A DNA stretch of 64,000 nucleotides from Emiliania huxleyi CCMP1516 (Eukaryota), in contig NW_005201792.1 in assembly GCF_000372725.1 (NCBI RefSeq), forward strand, positions 437,440 through 501,439, in the 5' to 3' direction. The notes under the pieces were generated by a model that worked only from the letters and a program-made list of their open reading frames with translations, was not told the origin of the DNA and made no database searches. The translations under genes and the position numbers were made by a program. Numbering within the stretch: position 1 is the first letter of the stretch; every line of letters starts with the position of its first letter. Below, in pieces: positions 12,076-23,349 of the stretch.

Positions 12076-12760
12076 TCTCTCTACTTTTTAGATTTTACGC
12101 GAATTACCAAACAAATGGACGCGGGGTGAGCCCCCTGCGACAACGCACCAAGCAGGATCAGGCAGGCTCTTGTGCCCGTAGCCCGATCCCGACCATCCGG
12201 CCCGTTGGGTGCGCTCTACCGACTGCACAGTGCACCTCCAAAGTGCTCCGAGTGCGCTTCAACCGCTTCTTAGCTCGCTCCCCCCCCGGCCCTCTGGATC
12301 TGCTTTGGATGGATATGGATAATGCTCAATGGGGGAGAGGTAGCAAACACCCCACTCCACAGCAAGTGCTCCCCGGGGGGGGGGCTGACGGGAAGAAGGG
12401 TTAAACACGGAGCAAGGTCCCCGCGAGGATGAGAGAATTTCCCGTTTGAGTAGCGAACGCATATTGTGGCTCGAATTATAAAGAAACGACGATTTCCACC
12501 GCAGCAAGTGTGCTTCTCAGAGTTCGACTGTTTTATTTCACTCGCTTGCTTTTTTTTCGCTCCACCTCCAGAGTCGCTGCGCGCGTGCGGATCTTTTCAT
12601 AGTAGACCGGAGGGCTACGAAGCCTTCACACTCCAAGGGGCTGGTTTTATTTACCGTCCGCAAGTGAGGCAAGTGCTTTATGTGTAGCCTCAGAGTGCAC
12701 ATACTACATACATTGTCTGTGATAGCTGATAGGTGATTGCACACATCACAGTTGGACAGC

Positions 12761-14431
12761 TCACTCGCGCCTGGCCGCCTTGGCGGCCGGTGCGGCTCCA
12801 AAGAAGGAGGCGATCGTCCGCTGCGGGCGGAAAGAGCAGCTGCGGGTGTCGTCGTCCAGCTGCAGCGTCTGCGCGGGTACGGCGCCGTGTCGAAGCAGCA
12901 GCGAGACGGCGACGTGGTCCGAGGCCTGCGGGGGCGTGTAGATCACGCCGCTGTGCGGGGGGACGAACTGCGTGTCGTGCGTGGTCATCGGCGCCTCCTG
13001 CAGCACTGAGGCGCCCGTCCACGGCGCCGGCGCCCACCGGCCGCCTGCAGTCGCCGCCCGCAGAGCACCCGCAGCGTCCTCGGCCTCTGCGAGCGGCGGG
13101 CCGCGCAGCGCGGCCTCGTCAAAGAGGGGCCGGTCGAGGTAGATGTAGTCGATCCTTCGGCCGACGTTGACGTGCCGCATGTTTTTGTACTGGTCCCAGC
13201 AGGTGAAGCGGCACTCGGCCGCGGGGCGCAGCTCGCCAAACGTGTCAACCATCCCGTCGGCCTCGATGGATCGGAGCCACGCGACCGCCTCTTGGGAAGA
13301 GCTCGACTCGCCGAGCGACAGCACCACCCGCCGCAGCGCCTCGCCCACAGCGGAATCGCGCAGGGCCGCCCTGTCCCTGCGTGGCTGCACGTCTGCCCGT
13401 GCGCCGGCCACGCCGCCGCCATCACCGCCCCCGCCGCCTCCGCCTCCGCCGTCGCCGCCGCCGCCGACCTCGCTGCCAGCCGCCTCGCCAGCCTCGCCGC
13501 CTTCCTTCGCATGCGCGTCCCCACACAGGACCGCCTCGAGCGCTGCGCACCACTCGTACCCTCGAAGCCGCTCCCGCGGACCAAACAGGCGCTGCAGCGC
13601 ACTCGCCAAGGCCGCGGCGGCGTCGTTTTGCATGCTTCCGTTCCCCGCCTCCGTCCCCGCCCCCGGCCCCGCGTCCGCCTCCGCCTCCGCCCCCTCCCGG
13701 CTCGCACCGCCAGCCGCGCCCCCCTCGCCGCGACGGTGGAACGCCCTGCCCAGCTCGGTCCGAAGGCGGCTGACCTCGTCGCCCCAGCCCGCAACCTCGC
13801 CGTCGCCCTCGACGAGCTCGACCCGGCCGTGGGCGCGGAGGGAGGCACGCGAGAGGAAGGCCTGCTGCCACGGCCCGTCAGCCGCGCGCCGCGCGATGTT
13901 GAGGTCACCGGCGAGGCACACCGCACGGCCGCCCGCCCGGACGGCGCGCATCTTTGCGCGGACCGCCTCGAGGAACTCGAGCTTCTTTGCGCGCCGAGAG
14001 CCGTCGGTGTCGCTGCCGGTGGCGTGCACGTACACATTGAAGATCACGACTGCGCCGTGGTCCGTCATCACGCACCGCCCCTCCGCATCCACGGGCTTGC
14101 CGAGCGGCGCGGCGTCTGCATGCCGCGTGAGGCCCTTGCGCGCAAAGGTCGTCACGCCGTTGAACCCTTTCGGAGAGCAGGACCAGAACGACTCCCAGCC
14201 GCTCACGCTGTGTGCGCCGAGCGAGGCTGCGTTGTGGGCCGACAGCTTTTGGCGCGTGACCTTGACCTCCTGCAGGCAAAGGATATCGAAGCCATGGCGT
14301 TCGAAGAAGCAATCCAGCGTCTTGTAGTGCTCCTTGATGTACCGGAGCGTCGCCTCCCAGCCGGCCACGTTCCAGGAGGCGATGAGCAGCGGCTTATCCT
14401 GGCCGGCTGACGAGCTTGGCGCTCCGTTCAT
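12761..14431 (-). CDS. Exonuclease III/APE2-like AP endonuclease with C-terminal PIP box
   Basis: Motifs SWNVAG, LCLQEVK, EGR, GDLNI, FTCW, GRRIDY, SDH. C-terminal QRTIASFF. Confidence 0.92.
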   Translation of the reverse strand: MNGAPSSSAGQDKPLLIASWNVAGWEATLRYIKEHYKTLDCFFERHGFDILCLQEVKVTRQKLSAHNAASLGAHSVSGWESFWSCSPKGFNGVTTFARKGLTRHADAAPLGKPVDAEGRCVMTDHGAVVIFNVYVHATGSDTDGSRRAKKLEFLEAVRAKMRAVRAGGRAVCLAGDLNIARRAADGPWQQAFLSRASLRAHGRVELVEGDGEVAGWGDEVSRLRTELGRAFHRRGEGGAAGGASREGAEAEADAGPGAGTEAGNGSMQNDAAAALASALQRLFGPRERLRGYEWCAALEAVLCGDAHAKEGGEAGEAAGSEVGGGGDGGGGGGGGGDGGGVAGARADVQPRRDRAALRDSAVGEALRRVVLSLGESSSSQEAVAWLRSIEADGMVDTFGELRPAAECRFTCWDQYKNMRHVNVGRRIDYIYLDRPLFDEAALRGPPLAEAEDAAGALRAATAGGRWAPAPWTGASVLQEAPMTTHDTQFVPPHSGVIYTPPQASDHVAVSLLLRHGAVPAQTLQLDDDTRSCSFRPQRTIASFFGAAPAAKAARRE

Positions 14432-14574
14432 GGCAGGACAGGGCGCTGCGCGCCGCCCTCGCGTGGGATCCGGCCCGCTTTCGAGTTACGGCGGCAGCCT
14501 TTCGGCGGCCCCCCCGGTCAGCAGGCTGGAAGTACTCGCCAGCGCGGTAGGGATGAGGGCCGCGATTTCTTTTT

Positions 14575-14650
14575 CAGTGTATGTAGCTCTTACGTACATT
14601 CCCGAGGAGGACTCTGCTGACAGGGTTTGCGATGAGGAGCGACCCGAAGG
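14575..14650 (-). repeat. Dispersed repeat family C; copy at 56863-56937, tail-only copy at 52771-52810
   Basis: tcagtgtatgtagctcttacgt...gggtttgcgatgaggagcga shared between loci. Confidence 0.75.
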
Positions 14651-14776
14651 GTTTCTCGGAGGTTAGTGCACCACTAACCGTTTTTACGCTGGCGTCGGAA
14701 AAAGGGCGGATTCTTCTCAGGCGGAGAGGACGAACGATGAAACGTTCCCATCGTTGCCTCCCCCAACCGCTGCACC

Positions 14777-16627
14777 ATGGCCGATGCAGACGTCGCCGCA
14801 CAGCCCAGCGCGGCCGAGCTGCGGCGGCAGCGGCGAGCCGCTCGGCGTGCGGGGCTGGAGACTGCCACGGAAGACACAGGGCTCGCGTCGCAGCCGCCAC
14901 CGCCGCCGCCACCGCCGCCACCGCCGCCACCGCCGCCGCCGCCGCCACCGCCGCCACCGCCGCCACCGCCGCCACCACCGCCACCACTGCCGCCAACTTC
15001 GCCACTTGCCTCTCCCGTCGCCGCCACCGTTTTGCCACCGGTGCGCCTGCCGCCAGGTTCGCGACAGCGGGCGCGTGCAGAGTCGAGGGCCGCAACCGAC
15101 GACGACGTGCTTGCCGTGGCGGCCGCTGATCACGAGCTGCTTCTGCCAGCGACCACTCCAGGTACGCTGCGGGCGCAGCCAAAGCCGCTCCCTCCTGTGG
15201 AGGCGGTGATGGCGCCAGCCAAGCGTGGCGCCTTCCGCAAGGTAGACGCGCCGGCAACGGCCCGCTCAGCATTGGCGCTCAGTGGGAACACTCGCTCCGT
15301 CATCGACACCGCCGAGGAGCAGGTGCCACTCCCGCTCGCGCTCCAATTCGCGGCGACTGTGCAGCGCGGATTCCTGGCGTCGACGCACTTCGCCGCTGGG
15401 CTGATGGGCGGAGCCGCCGCCCTCGAGGTCTCGATGCTCTCCGTGGCGCGCAACGAGCCGCTGTCGCCATTTGCGCTCTATGCGGACAGTGCGCTGCACT
15501 TTTGGCGTCTCTACCTCTGGGGCGGCCTCTCGTGCTGCGTTGGCACGGGACTGCTCCTTCTACGCCGCCGGCGCTCACGCTACTACGACGTATACCCCAC
15601 CGGTCGTTGGGTCAACTTGCTGACGATTGCGAGCAACGCTTCAGTCGTCGCGATCGGCGTTGCATTGCGCGGCCCCGTGTGGCGCCTGGCGGCGCCAGAG
15701 AGCCGCGAGCAGCTGCCGTATCTCGTACCGACGTCATCCGCCGCCTACCACGCGGCCGTCACTAACCCCGGGCCCTTTGGCCATGCCGTTCCCGCCGCCG
15801 TGCTCCTCCGCGCCCTCCTCTGCTGGCTCGCCCTCCTCCTCAGCTATGGCCCTCACGGGGACGAGCAGGCGGCGTTGCCGCCGAGCGCCGAGGAGGAGGC
15901 GGGCGGCGGCCGAGGACACCAGCCGCACCTTCTTGCCAGCGGTGCCACCGAGGGTGCCGACGGGGTCATCGCCATCATGTATCGAGGCGTAGTTTTCGCC
16001 GCGGCATTTGGCGCCGTTGCGCGGCGCCCGCACAGCACGCCAGACGGCAAGCCGGCGCCAATGCGCCCCGTCCCCCCCGGCGCAATCTCGCACGAGGGCT
16101 ACGCGAGCCGGGTGTCGGTGGCCATCGTCTTCATGGCCGTTGACTCCATCAACACCCTGCTCTGCCTCTCTCTGCTCTACGAGTCGCTCGAACTCCGCCG
16201 CTCGAGCGAGCGTTTTGAGCGCGTGCTGCCAGAGCTGATCTCGCTCGTCGTCCTCGTCGTCGCACGAAGCGTCATCGCCGCCCAGCTGTTCGGGATCATC
16301 GTCAGGACCGCCGCTTTTCGCCTCGGCCTGCTGACGCAGCTAACTAAGCACTTTCGGCGGCCCTTTGGCGTCCAGCTCGCCGCCTTTGTCCTTTCCCTCA
16401 TCCTCCTCATCGTGCGCGTCGTTGATGCCGCAGACGTCGACGCGACCATCGACGCTACAAACATCGGCCTGCTGCCCAGCGGTTCGAGCCTCGGGGCTGC
16501 CTACACTGTCCTGCTCTGCCTTAGCCTAGCCTTGACAGTACTCTGCTACACTTCGACGCTCGATGCGCTGCGGCGCCTCTCGAGGTCGGAGTACTATTTG
16601 CATCCGGACCGGGGATTGCATCCATGA
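14777..16627 (+). CDS. Polyproline multi-pass membrane protein (possible TMEM237-like + TMEM138-like)
   Basis: Intronless 616-aa ORF with a long proline run and about 8 hydrophobic segments in two blocks. Confidence 0.6.
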   Translation: MADADVAAQPSAAELRRQRRAARRAGLETATEDTGLASQPPPPPPPPPPPPPPPPPPPPPPPPPPPPPPPLPPTSPLASPVAATVLPPVRLPPGSRQRARAESRAATDDDVLAVAAADHELLLPATTPGTLRAQPKPLPPVEAVMAPAKRGAFRKVDAPATARSALALSGNTRSVIDTAEEQVPLPLALQFAATVQRGFLASTHFAAGLMGGAAALEVSMLSVARNEPLSPFALYADSALHFWRLYLWGGLSCCVGTGLLLLRRRRSRYYDVYPTGRWVNLLTIASNASVVAIGVALRGPVWRLAAPESREQLPYLVPTSSAAYHAAVTNPGPFGHAVPAAVLLRALLCWLALLLSYGPHGDEQAALPPSAEEEAGGGRGHQPHLLASGATEGADGVIAIMYRGVVFAAAFGAVARRPHSTPDGKPAPMRPVPPGAISHEGYASRVSVAIVFMAVDSINTLLCLSLLYESLELRRSSERFERVLPELISLVVLVVARSVIAAQLFGIIVRTAAFRLGLLTQLTKHFRRPFGVQLAAFVLSLILLIVRVVDAADVDATIDATNIGLLPSGSSLGAAYTVLLCLSLALTVLCYTSTLDALRRLSRSEYYLHPDRGLHP

Positions 16628-17301
16628 GGCGAGCGGTTCGCGGTTGCGGAAAGAGATATACGCGTCAGCCGGTCGAGGCACGAGAGGGGGTCGTACGAGC
16701 GGGGGGTAGTACGTGTGGTGATGGTGGAAAGTGGGGGGATGCAGCAGCTTGGGCGACACAGGGGGTGTGGCTGTGGGGGTCGGGTCTCTCTCGCACTCTC
16801 TGAGTCACTCTGTCGTCTGCGAAGCGAAACTCCCTGTCGGTCGGGTGGCTGTCGCGGGAGAGAGCAACCACTCGTGCCAAAGCGTCAAATGCTGATCTTC
16901 GCCGCCCGCGGCGCGGGCCGCGCGCACGTCTACGGGGGTCTAGCTTGACGCCCTCTCACGGCCCCTCGTGCTCGTCTAACACGGGATAAACCATGCACGT
17001 CAGGCCGCGTACACCGTGCAACCTGTTCCTTTTTACCCATCTCTCCTCTCGCAGGGTGTCCCTTTCATTTCTTTATTTACGTCGAAACAAAAAACTCGTG
17101 ACTTTTTTTCCGTTCCTTTCGCGCGCAGTACCCAGTATACGCAGATCGCACACCGCCATACATGCGCAACATCTCTCTCCGTTTATCCTATCTTCTCTCC
17201 GCCCCGTTTGGGTCTGGACTCGGCTCAGACTGGGCCCGAGGCCTCCGGGACTGGGTGTCCATCGTCCTCTCTCGAGCGCGGTGGCTTTACTGTTGCTCCG
17301 C

Positions 17302-19089
17302 TCACGCCGCCAGCGCCTCCTCCTCCCTCGCCTCCTCCTCCTCGAGCAGCTCCACCTGCGGCGATGGCTCCCCTCTCGGCGTCCCGCCGGCGCGCCCCGA
17401 CCGGAGCATCTCCACTGCCTCGCGCTTGGCCGCCGCGTCGCCCGTCACGTACACGTCGCGCGCGCGCTGCCGGCGCGCCCTAAGCCCGGGGTCGGGCGGC
17501 GGCGGCCCGACGCCAATCTCGAAGACGGGCGTGAAGATGGACTTGAGGATGAGCGGGCCGTACGCCGCCGTGAAGGCGGCGAGGTACGCCACGAAGGTTG
17601 CGGCGACCTTGGGCGGGAACTTGAGCGCGATGGTGATGCCAAACCGGACGCGCGCGAGCCACGTCGCGTGGTTCTCGTTGCCGGGTAGCCCCGGCCACCC
17701 TGCGAGGAAGCCGCCCCACACTGGCTGCTCGAGCGCGAAAAAGGCGCCGAAGAAACCGCGCAGGATCTCGACCGGCTGCGAGCCGAGGAACTCGCCGCCG
17801 AAGACCGCAAAGTCGCGCTGCAGCCGGTTGCTCGCCGGCCACAGCGAGGCGTGCGCGGCGGCCGCCGCCGCGTCCGGGTCGAAGCCGTCGCCCTTGCTGA
17901 GCTCGGCAGAGAGGGCGGCGGCGACGCCCGTTGACGAGGCGAGCATGCGGCAGAGCTGGTAGCCGGTCGCCGGGTGGACGGTGTTTGCGGCGCCCCCGAT
18001 CGGCACGACGCGCTGCGTCCTGTCCGGCAGCTGGCCGCCCATCGGGATGTAGCAGTACTCCTCCTCGCGCACACTCGCCTCGCCGTACGTAATGCCGTGG
18101 AAGGCGAGCCGCTTGATCAGCCGCTGCTTGAGCGTCTCGAACTCGAGCCGCCGCTCGCCGCGCCCCACCAGCGACGTCTCCTCGAAAAAGGCGGACGCGC
18201 CGCAGCCGTCGCAGCCCCCCTCGCCGCTCGGCATCACGTAGACGAAGGACGGCCGCTCCTCTGCGTCTGCGAGCAGGTCGGAGCCCACGAGGTGGTCGGT
18301 GCGGTAGTCGAAGAGGGTCATCGCCGACGCGTCGTACGGCGCGAGCTTGTCGCCCGCCACATCCACGCACATGCCGTACGCGATCTGGTACCCGGGCGCG
18401 AGCTCCTTCCACAGCCCCCCCGCGGCGGGGCTCTCGCGCACCGTCAGCTTGGACTCAAAGCCGGTCGCGTCGACGACGAGCTTCGCGCGCACGCGGACGT
18501 CGCCGCCGCCGCCGCCGCCCGACGCCTTCACCGTCAGCGTCGAGCCGCTCGCGTCATGCACCAGGCCGCCGTCAAAGAGGTTCGGCGCGATGGCGGCCGC
18601 GGGCGCGTAGCCCTCCAGCAGCTGCACGCCGGTCGCCGCGTGCTTCTCCCGCAGCAGGGCCTTGAGTCGGAGGCGGTCGACCTTGAGGTAGGCGCGATCC
18701 AACCGCAGCCGCTCGTCGTCCGGCGTGTCGAACGAGCCGCCAAAGAAGCAATCCGTCACTGCCCAGTTTGTGCTGACGCAGTCGAGGAGCTCCGGCATCT
18801 GCAGCGATGCGGCGAGCGCCTCCCACTCCTCGCGCCACGAGCCGTAGTTGTTGGGCCAGGCGCCCTCCGGCTTGGGGTCGACGAGCGCCACCGAGTGCTC
18901 CGAGCGTCCCAGCAGCGCCGCCATCACGTAGCCGGCTGGGCCACCGCCCACCACAGCGACGTCGACGGTGAGGTCAGCTATCTGCACGGCTCGGCCACGG
19001 CCATCAGCATGCGGGCCGAGCCAGCGGCCCACTCCCGGGTTGGTCGCACGGAGGGCGACGCCCGAGCTTCCGCTCGCTGCGAGCCACAT
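17302..19089 (-). CDS. lcyB: Lycopene beta-cyclase (CrtL type)
   Basis: Motifs DVAVVGGGPAG, WPNNYG, VVDATG, GYQIAYG, FFEETSLV, EEYCYIPMGG, VHPATGY. Confidence 0.92.
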   Translation of the reverse strand: MWLAASGSSGVALRATNPGVGRWLGPHADGRGRAVQIADLTVDVAVVGGGPAGYVMAALLGRSEHSVALVDPKPEGAWPNNYGSWREEWEALAASLQMPELLDCVSTNWAVTDCFFGGSFDTPDDERLRLDRAYLKVDRLRLKALLREKHAATGVQLLEGYAPAAAIAPNLFDGGLVHDASGSTLTVKASGGGGGGDVRVRAKLVVDATGFESKLTVRESPAAGGLWKELAPGYQIAYGMCVDVAGDKLAPYDASAMTLFDYRTDHLVGSDLLADAEERPSFVYVMPSGEGGCDGCGASAFFEETSLVGRGERRLEFETLKQRLIKRLAFHGITYGEASVREEEYCYIPMGGQLPDRTQRVVPIGGAANTVHPATGYQLCRMLASSTGVAAALSAELSKGDGFDPDAAAAAAHASLWPASNRLQRDFAVFGGEFLGSQPVEILRGFFGAFFALEQPVWGGFLAGWPGLPGNENHATWLARVRFGITIALKFPPKVAATFVAYLAAFTAAYGPLILKSIFTPVFEIGVGPPPPDPGLRARRQRARDVYVTGDAAAKREAVEMLRSGRAGGTPRGEPSPQVELLEEEEAREEEALAA

Positions 19090-19209
19090 TCGCGGGCCTG
19101 GCTTAGAGCTTCCGCTTCCTCAGCTGCGATCAGCCCAAAAAAGAATATCCCGGGATGAAAATGCGCTGCACAAGCCGATGGAGAGAGTAATGCTCCGTCG
19201 TGGAGCGAC

Positions 19210-20180
19210 GTGCTCGATCGATTCATTGAATACAGCAGGGAGGTTAACGGGGTGTGCACAAGCGCACCCAACATGACAGAACACACGTTCGAAGAAGGGC
19301 GAACCAGGACGGACATCCGAGTGGAGGGGAAGGCCAGGACGCTCTACCTCGGAGGGAAGAAACCGGCGCAAGACAGCGGCACGCAACTGGGGTCGAGAGA
19401 GGACGGGGACAATCGAGTGATAAAGCTGGAGGGGACCCCGGGCCTCGATACCAACGCGACATGGGAGGAGGAGATACCCGAGCAAAATAAGATCACGAAG
19501 GACGCGGTGAGAAAGATGATGGAGAGACAGGAGAGGGAGCGACAGGAGGGGAGCCTCGGGGCGGATGAGACGTTGTTCCCAGAGGGGGCGCCCCAGAGAC
19601 ACATAAACTGGAAGAAAGAAGACTACGAGCTGTTCGTGGGGCACGGACACGGGGCGAGCGCGATCAGAGTAGGGGAGCTACAGGAGGACCCCCTAACGCG
19701 CTTCTTGCTCCGATACGACGAATTTGAGACGGGGGGAGAGCTGACGGACGGCAACGGGAAGCGAATTAAGATGGGAAAAGACAGCGAGCCGCTGCGGTCG
19801 GGGAAGGGACGAGCCTTGAACGTGAAAGTAGCGCAGACATGCCTCGCGCTGCACGTCTCACACCAGTTCACACACTTTGCGGCGACGGACGGAGGAAAGG
19901 ACCATGAAGACAAAAGGGCGGAGGATGGAAAGTACGTGCCGAACCCTAGGGTGGCGTACGGCGTGTTCGAAGGACCGACACGATTCGGAAAGAGCGTCCC
20001 GGGAGACGCACAGGTAAAGGATCCCAACGGAATCGGACCCTGTGAAGAAGGGGAGATACGGATAGCGTTTGGGGCGGGAATGTGGGGAGGAAAGCTGCCG
20101 AACATGTGGGAGCCGATAGACGCGGAGATGTACGCGATACTCGCATACTTACGCAAAATGGCGAGCGCGAGCGACGCGCA
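19210..20180 (+). mobile_element. Non-LTR retrotransposon fragment (RNase H region)
   Basis: Purine-rich, lower-GC ORF with FAATDGGK ... AYGVF ... DAEMYAILAYL RNase H-like acidic motifs. Ends abruptly. Confidence 0.55.
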
Positions 20181-20647
20181 AGCGCGGCGCAGATCTGGCA
20201 GCTGGCGCTGCCATGCCGCACACGATGTATGGTGGTGCTCGGCCGTGACTGCCCACGGTGAGTATGGTGCTGGCGGTGCAGAGCAGAAGGCGGGAGCGGC
20301 GCTCCTGAACACGGGGCTCGACTTGTTGGAGGCGGTCGGTTCGCTCTCCCGCCCCACATCTCGTGATTTTGTGATCGTGTGCGGGGACTGCACTGGGTGC
20401 ACACAGACTCGCATCCGGATTTGACTGTCACTCTCGGTGGCCGCGTGTCTGTCTCTGGCCGGATTTTAGTACGACCTGTTTAATAAAATGGTACACAACG
20501 ATTGAGGTCGAAAGCCGTACTCTGCGTTCTGGCGAACCTCTCTGTTCTTGAACTTGAGTGTAATATATAGCTGGGAGCGAGGTGAACGCGCAGCAGATCA
20601 CGGCTGGAGTCGTACCTAGCTAGGCGAGCACCGATCGCCGCGGCACC

Positions 20648-21619
20648 ATGGGTGGCAGTGGCGGGGACGAGGCGGGAGCAAGATGCGCGCCGCCATGCAG
20701 GCTGCACAGGCGAGGATGTTGGGTCACCAGCGGCGAAGGCACAGCAAAGGCCCATGGAAAGGGTGCCGCTGCCATTAGAGACGGGGAAGTAGTCGGGGGC
20801 GTGGGCGCCATCGGAGGCGGGGCTGAGGAGGAACTTGACAGCTGCCCTCTCGACGCAGATGGCTGGCCATCGGGGACAGGGACATTCTGGCCATACAGGT
20901 TTTCGGCAGAGTCGGTCGCGGGCTACAACCGTCGGATGGTAGCATATGAGGCGTACGTGGCAAAGTACCTGAACGAACCTTACGACCCTGAACGCGCGTG
21001 GGAACAAATGAGGCACGCAACGGACATCGCCGGCAGGACGACTTCCCCTTTGCGATTTCGTTGCCAGCCTTGCCTTGAGCCTCGCGTTGAGCAAGTGGGC
21101 GGTGGTGAGGAATGGCCAATGGTCAACGGTAAGCTGGCTAATTTCACGAAGACAAACGCTTACAAATGGCGAGATTGGTACGTGGGAACCGAGTACTATG
21201 CCAAGTGCAAGCGTAAACATGAGACTAAGGCAGCCTGTGATGGAGCGGATGACTACGAATGGCCCAACGAGGATGGCAGTGAAACCCAACCAGTGGAGAA
21301 AATGAGGAGGCTGGTGAAAGATGCGAAGGAGTACAGCCGCAAAAGAGGCTCAGAGGCACAAAAGAAAGCAAATCGTGAGCAAAATAAAAAACGAAAGGAG
21401 GAGAGGGCCAACGAGACTCCGCAGGAAAAGGAGGCTCGAAAGGACAAGAGCAACGACAGACGGGAAAGGCAAAATGAGAAGCGAAAGGAGGAGAGGGCCA
21501 ACGAGACTCCGCAGGAAAGGGATGTCTTCACACCGTGTCGGGAGGTGTCCGCGACGAGGGGTCGCGACACACATCTCGCACGCGAGGTCGAACCATGTCC
21601 TCTTCTTTCACTTTCCTGA
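20648..21619 (+). CDS. Hypothetical charged-repeat protein, possibly transposon-derived
   Basis: 323-aa ORF with atypical composition. RKEERANETPQE occurs twice (37-bp direct repeat at 21392 and 21482). Confidence 0.35.
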   Translation: MGGSGGDEAGARCAPPCRLHRRGCWVTSGEGTAKAHGKGAAAIRDGEVVGGVGAIGGGAEEELDSCPLDADGWPSGTGTFWPYRFSAESVAGYNRRMVAYEAYVAKYLNEPYDPERAWEQMRHATDIAGRTTSPLRFRCQPCLEPRVEQVGGGEEWPMVNGKLANFTKTNAYKWRDWYVGTEYYAKCKRKHETKAACDGADDYEWPNEDGSETQPVEKMRRLVKDAKEYSRKRGSEAQKKANREQNKKRKEERANETPQEKEARKDKSNDRRERQNEKRKEERANETPQERDVFTPCREVSATRGRDTHLAREVEPCPLLSLS

Positions 21620-23349
21620 ACGCCTTGCCTATCATCATGGTTGCAACTAAAAAGACCTCCAAGCCCTGGGAGCCCTCCCCTTACTATATTAGCCACTTTC
21701 CGCACAATTTTGGCACCGAACCAGCTGAAGCTCTCGACTCGTCGACCGAGCTCTGGACGATGCCGACCTCAAACCACCAGCGCCAGCAACGACGCGCCAC
21801 GGCTCGCCGCGCCGCTGTTGCGACCGACGACGTGCCCGACGCCGTCCCGCGGCCGAAAGGAAGAGGCCCGCGCAACCACTTCTGGGACCCGCGGCCGCCG
21901 GGCGTGCGGCGGCACAACGAGTCGAACGAACCGAACCAGCGCAGAGCGGCGCGTCTCGCGAGCGCCCGCGGCCGCCACGCCGACGCCGTCCGCGGCCGAC
22001 GGTGGTCGCGAATCAACGCGGCGCGGTGCAACGAGGCCAAGTCCTTCCAGGCTCCCGCCAGCAGCGCCTCGTGGCGTGGGCTGCACGGCCCTTCGAGACG
22101 GCCCGGGGGGCGGTGAGAGACCTCTCCCGCCGGCATGGCGCACTATATCACCCGTAGAGGCCTCTTTATAGTCGCCTTTTGGCACCTCCTCTCTCCACGC
22201 CGCCGATTAGACCTCGCCGCATCGCATCGCCCCCTTCCCTGCCCCGTCGCCCTCCTGAGCTCTCCCTCCTTCGCTCCAGCCATGCACAGGACCGCTGGAC
22301 CATTGGCCCGCGTGCCAGGCGTCCGGGACGGCCGGGTATCGGCTCCGTACTTTGAGCCCTCTTGGGCCACCCTCGCGTCCACCGGCCGGCAGAGCACCGC
22401 TTGGGCGACTCAGACGGCCCGCCCGACCAGCGCGTTCGATCGTGCCGCCCCCACAGCGTCAGTGGCGTGCGTGGGGTGGCAGGCGGCGTCAGCGCAGCCC
22501 CTCGTGGGGGTGCCCACCGCTCTCCTCTCACCGCTCCCCCCCGCCCGTGGCACCCCACACACTCGTCCCTCCTCAGGGGCGCAAGGCGGCACGGCACGTT
22601 CAGCGCTTGCCTCGGCCCACCTCGCCTTCACGCCCGCCACCGCGACCAAGGAGGTGGCCTCGGCGGCCCAGATGAAGCCCGTGCGTGCGGCTCGTTTGGG
22701 AGCCGCATGCCGTCCCTCTCTCGCCGGCGCTGCTCACCACGCCCAAGCCTACGCCGAGGAACCCGTCGCGCCCGTCGCTCACGAGCTGGTGGCTCGCATC
22801 GACCGAGCCGTCCAGCTTTCTCACGCCCTGCCCACGATCAAATTCGAGACGACCAACATCCGACCACAAAAAAGGCCCGCGCGTGCTGCGCGGGCCGGCG
22901 AGCGACTAGCGAGCCAACCTGCTAGTCAATAAATAAATAGAGCGTTTCCAGGACAGAGAAAACACACGGCGCGCGCCCTCCCCGGGGGGGGGGGGGGGGG
23001 CGCCGCGCTCAGGCCTACTTTTGCGGAGTGAAATTTCTTTTTCCCGCGCCGGTCCCGTTCCACGGGGGAGGCGCGGGCCGCCTCCTACTGCGTGCGCTCT
23101 CCTAGTTCTCCTGCTCCCTGCTCCTGACAAGGGACAGTCGCAGCACGGTGGACTCCCTATTCCACTGGCGATCTCTCTCGACTAGCGACCTTCCTCCGGC
23201 TTCTCACTGGCAGTCTCTCCTAGCACGGGCACACTGACAGAGGCGGCCAAGGCTCACGCCGTGGGTGGCAGGCGCGGTGATCGAGTGTTAAACCCAGATT
23301 TTAAAAGAATTTTAATACCTCTTGCCGAAAATTCTTTTTCCAACTCACC

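Noticed and set aside
13167..14410. Long antisense and alternative-frame ORFs (here and throughout the window)
   Set aside because: These are expected shadows of very high GC3 coding DNA; they are R/A/P-rich and carry no motifs.
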